Both the position numbers and the translations under genes were made by a program. Positions 60,830-64,000 of a DNA stretch of 64,000 bases are shown here, piece after piece. The stretch covers positions 49,662,001 through 49,726,000 of the forward strand of contig NC_087450.1 of the NCBI RefSeq assembly GCF_036321535.1, read 5' to 3'. The notes beneath the pieces were generated by a model. That model was not told the DNA's origin and made no database searches. It saw nothing but the letters and a program-made list of their open reading frames with translations. The DNA comes from Camelus dromedarius (taxonomy: Eukaryota). The stretch's first letter is position 1, and each line of letters begins with the position of its first letter.

Positions 60830-61010
60830 ATGGTCAGGAGCACAGGCACCAGAGCCGCACTGCCTAGGCCTGACTTCTGACTGCCCCACTCGCCAACTGT
60901 GTGGCCTTTTTTCTCCTCACTATCCATCATATTATGCCGAGTGGTTATGATGACGGAGATTTTAGGCACAGAATGCTTAGAACAGTAAATGAAACTTAGT
61001 AGGCAGTCAA
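60830..61010 (+). mobile_element. MIR
   Basis: ggtcaggagcacaggcaccagagccgcactgcctagg...gcacagaatgcttagaacag. Confidence 0.75.
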
Positions 61011-61574
61011 TACTACTCAGTGTATAATGTTTAAACTATATGAAGCTACTCAAACAAAAACACTAATAAAATTATCCAACTTTCCGTGGGAAATCTGGTC
61101 CTGACCAACGTCCTCCCCGCCTTTTGGCAGCCTCAAGAGCCATCCTTCTGGAATCTTGATGCGTGGTTACGTTAAAATCAATCAGTTCCCTCCCCTTCCA
61201 TTCCCTTCTCTTCCTTTCTCTGCCTCAAAAGGATTCAGGCAAATCACCACGTGCACCCTGGGCTGTGGCACCCTCGGCTTGGCTGCTCAGAGGTGACCCA
61301 TGCATGTGCTTCCCTTGTCCTGCACTCTGCTCTGCACTGATCTGGGCTGGGGCCCAGCGATGGCAGAGGTGGCTCTATGCCCTGTCCTCTGGGGTCGCTG
61401 AGCCTTTAAGCAGCTGCCAGCCTGGCCAGACTCTCCAGTAGCTGAGTTCTGCTGGGCTCAGCCATCTCTTGGGGCTGCACACCCACTCGAGTAGGGACAA
61501 GTCACCACTATCCTGGTGACTTCAGATGAAATTGAGCTTGGGGAAGCCCTACAATTCTGGAGAACAGGGTGCCT

Positions 61575-61660
61575 TAAAGCTCACCTTGGCCAACCATCTC
61601 ATTTTACAGATGAAGAATATGAAAACTTTAGAGGACAATGGACTTATCTTAAGTCACTAA
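61575..61660 (-). mobile_element. MIR fragment
   Basis: ccaaccatctcattttacagatgaagaa...ggacttatcttaagtcac. Confidence 0.7.
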
Positions 61661-62439
61661 AATTTCTTTTGGTCTAATTCAAACATAGGCATTAGTTTAA
61701 TTGTCATTTTACTGCCTGCCTCAGGTTTCAGCGTGGCAAGAAGGCACCACTAAACCTCCTGAAGAGTTGTTCTAATGAACAATCTTTAGACTCTGGCCTC
61801 ACGCTATTGGCCTGTGGAGGCAGCAGGGCAGGGACTGATCCTAGACGGCCAAGCTAATGTCTCATTCTGGTCCTCAGGCCACGAATGGTTCAGAGTGATG
61901 GGCAGCCAGTTCCACAGGAACACAGCTGGGCGTGTGGTACAGTGAGGGACATGACATTTCACTGTAGAGTTTAAGCAGCGGAGAGTGAGTTCCAACTACA
62001 TACAAAAGAATAAATAAAAATTTTGGTTCCTAAATTTGATTTTGATTATGGGATTCGTTTCAGGGCCAGCTGCTGCATGAGTGCTTGGCATGGCTTAGCA
62101 GTAGGAAGCAGTAAGGCAGCACACAGTTCTCAGCCTCTGCCCCGGGAAGGAGCACGCCTCTCTCCCGCTAAGGCTCTGACGGATAGGTAAGCGCGAGGTC
62201 AGTAGGACTGGTCTGCCAAGACTGCAGCGAAGACCAGGCCGCTCACAAGAGTGTCTCTGCCAGTCACCTTGATGGGAAAACTGAGGCATGCAGAGATCAG
62301 CTGTGTAACAACCTTCCTCACCAACCCCCTTTGCCTTCCATTGACTGCAGGATAAACTCAAGACATCCTGCTAGTGTTACGAGCTGTAGCCTTCTCCACT
62401 GGTTTTTTCACTTCCTCTTTCAGCATTTCCTCTGTGTAC

Positions 62440-62770
62440 CTTCCCCTCAGCTATCCTAAATGCATGGCCACTGCGGAACCTCAGCTCACCAGAACTTTCA
62501 ACTTCCCTGGGCTTTCGGCCACGCTGACATAACATCCCAGAACGTCCTCCAAAGACCACATCCCCCTTTGCTCATCCACCTCATATAGACCCACTCACCC
62601 TCCGTGAACCAGCTCAAATGTCACCTCCCCTTGAAGCCCTCCCTAACCTCTGAGGCAGTGTCCCCCTCTGCCAAAAAGCAGAGAATATACTTTCTTTTTT
62701 GCCTTTTTAATCCCAGTTCCAAGCACAGGGTAGGTTCCTGATCCATGTTTACTGAATGGATAAATGAGCA
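62440..62770 (+). mobile_element. L2 fragment
   Basis: cagctcaaatgtcacctccccttgaagccctccctaacc...atgtttactgaatggataaatg. Confidence 0.75.
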
Positions 62771-63099
62771 GTGGACACTAACATTCACTGAATTACCGAC
62801 CACGGCGACGCTCTCTGCTAAGTGCTGTGCCCACATTCTCTCCATCACCACACAGCCACCATACCTGGGTCATTCTATGTGCACGAGGCAGGCCTGAGCC
62901 AGCAAAGCCTCACTGCTTTTCTGGCACTGCTTTCCCAGGAGCACCAAAGAATGAGGAAGATGGTGTAACATCACTGCCCCATTCTGAGAACTCGCAAGAT
63001 CTCCCTGAGGGTTCAAGTGCATGTATTAGATTGTTGTGACCTCCTCAAGTCGCCTCATTTCCCTGAGGTGTGACTTTTATCAGCGAAAATGCACCCTTA

Positions 63100-63350
63100 C
63101 ACCACCAGAGCAGGCGAACCGCAGCTCCCGCCTCTCTCCCCGCCCTCTGCAGAGGCCCTTGGTTGCTTCTGGCCTGGCGCGCCCTCCTGGCTGCAGCCTG
63201 ACTCCTGGCTTCAAAAACCAACATTTCACCCTCAATGGTTCTCCAGGCTTCATCCGCAATCATTCGCCCCCAGTCGTCTGGCTTTCCCTGCCCTCCTTGA
63301 GGCTTTGCATCTGTCTCTTTCCAGTTTGTCTGCCGCTTCGCTCACCTACT
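63100..63350. promoter_or_regulatory. GC/CpG-enriched unique patch
   Basis: CpG above background; GC box ccccgccc (63138-63145); ggcgcgcc. Confidence 0.35.
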
Positions 63351-64000
63351 TAGAAGTCAAAAGTTCATAATTTCACTTATTGGGAGAATGAATAGCCCAA
63401 ATGGAGGCACACTTAAACATTCTAAAATACCCAAATAAGATGCCCAGCATACACATGACCTGAAAGACATTTCTAGAACGTGTTACCATCTTTCTGAAGG
63501 CTGAAGTAAAAGCAAAGCCTAGCCAGTGACTAGAGCAAGGCAGCAAAGTTCTGATCTTACTTAACTCATGACTCCAGCTGCCCATGGCCTCGCCAGTTGT
63601 GCTATACTCTTACGCACGTTCGAGAAATTCACAGAGCCTCAGAATCACTGCTCTGAAATCTCCACCATCATTTTAAGTAGGAGATTAAGAAATTTCATGT
63701 TGCTTAAACACTCTAATGGAAGGAATCTTGAATGACACTGTTTAAATCAGCAGAAAACTGCCCTGATTTCCATTTCCAACAGCCACAGGCTTGAAGAAGG
63801 ATGAGGAGACAGGCAGCCAAGGTCCCCTCAGAGTGATTGACAACTGTGGCTGCATCTGAGGACAGCCAGGCACTGCAGGCAGACACGGGGTGCCCAACCT
63901 CATTGATTTTTGTAACAGGTCACTCCCACCCAAGCTCATTGTTCTTTCTCCTAGGAACACACAGGCCCAGGGGCAAAGAGAGTTCTGCATCATGTTTCAG

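Noticed and set aside
360-63993. The ORF track as evidence of protein-coding genes
   Set aside because: All ORFs are 60-169 aa, many start at non-ATG codons, most overlap repeats or lie antisense to L1, and none resembles a protein I recognise apart from L1 ORF1p/ORF2p remnants.
1-64000. rRNA, tRNA, snRNA, 7SL/7SK copies, NUMTs, miRNA-length hairpins, ERV internal genes, prokaryotic systems
   Set aside because: I looked for these by eye and recognised none. An Infernal/Rfam scan, tRNAscan-SE and BLASTn to mitochondrial genomes would be needed to exclude divergent copies.

Overview
Eutherian mammal genomic DNA, AT-rich and CpG-depleted. It is most likely camelid: the youngest L1 3' ends (10285-10365, 16583-16795, 57160-58079) are cetartiodactyl-type, and I saw no ruminant, pig, primate, rodent or carnivore SINEs. 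Roughly half the window is interspersed repeat: about 21 kb of decayed L1, many L2 and MIR fragments, six or seven MaLR (MLT) LTRs, a MER21-like LTR piece and three MER5 fragments. There are six N runs (963 nt in total), a perfect 3 x 42-bp minisatellite, a perfect 27-bp duplication and several microsatellites. Four short GC/CpG-rich patches look regulatory (about 15.9-16.2, 26.7, 43.8-44.2 and 63.1-63.3 kb). I cannot support any protein-coding gene, rRNA, tRNA, known ncRNA or CRISPR array. The listed ORFs are chance ORFs, repeat remnants or N-run artefacts. The window reads as intronic, intergenic or lncRNA territory. The best leads are: (i) a minisatellite whose unit ends in a minus-strand 3' splice-site-like motif, next to a 5' splice site buried in a 10-bp hairpin; (ii) several minus-strand candidate exons, together with a strong plus-strand bias of the long L1s; (iii) orphan promoter-like CpG patches. 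All three are hypotheses; I did not find a demonstrable new biological system. Repeat subfamily names come from memory of consensus sequences, and repeat boundaries are approximate (tens of bp).
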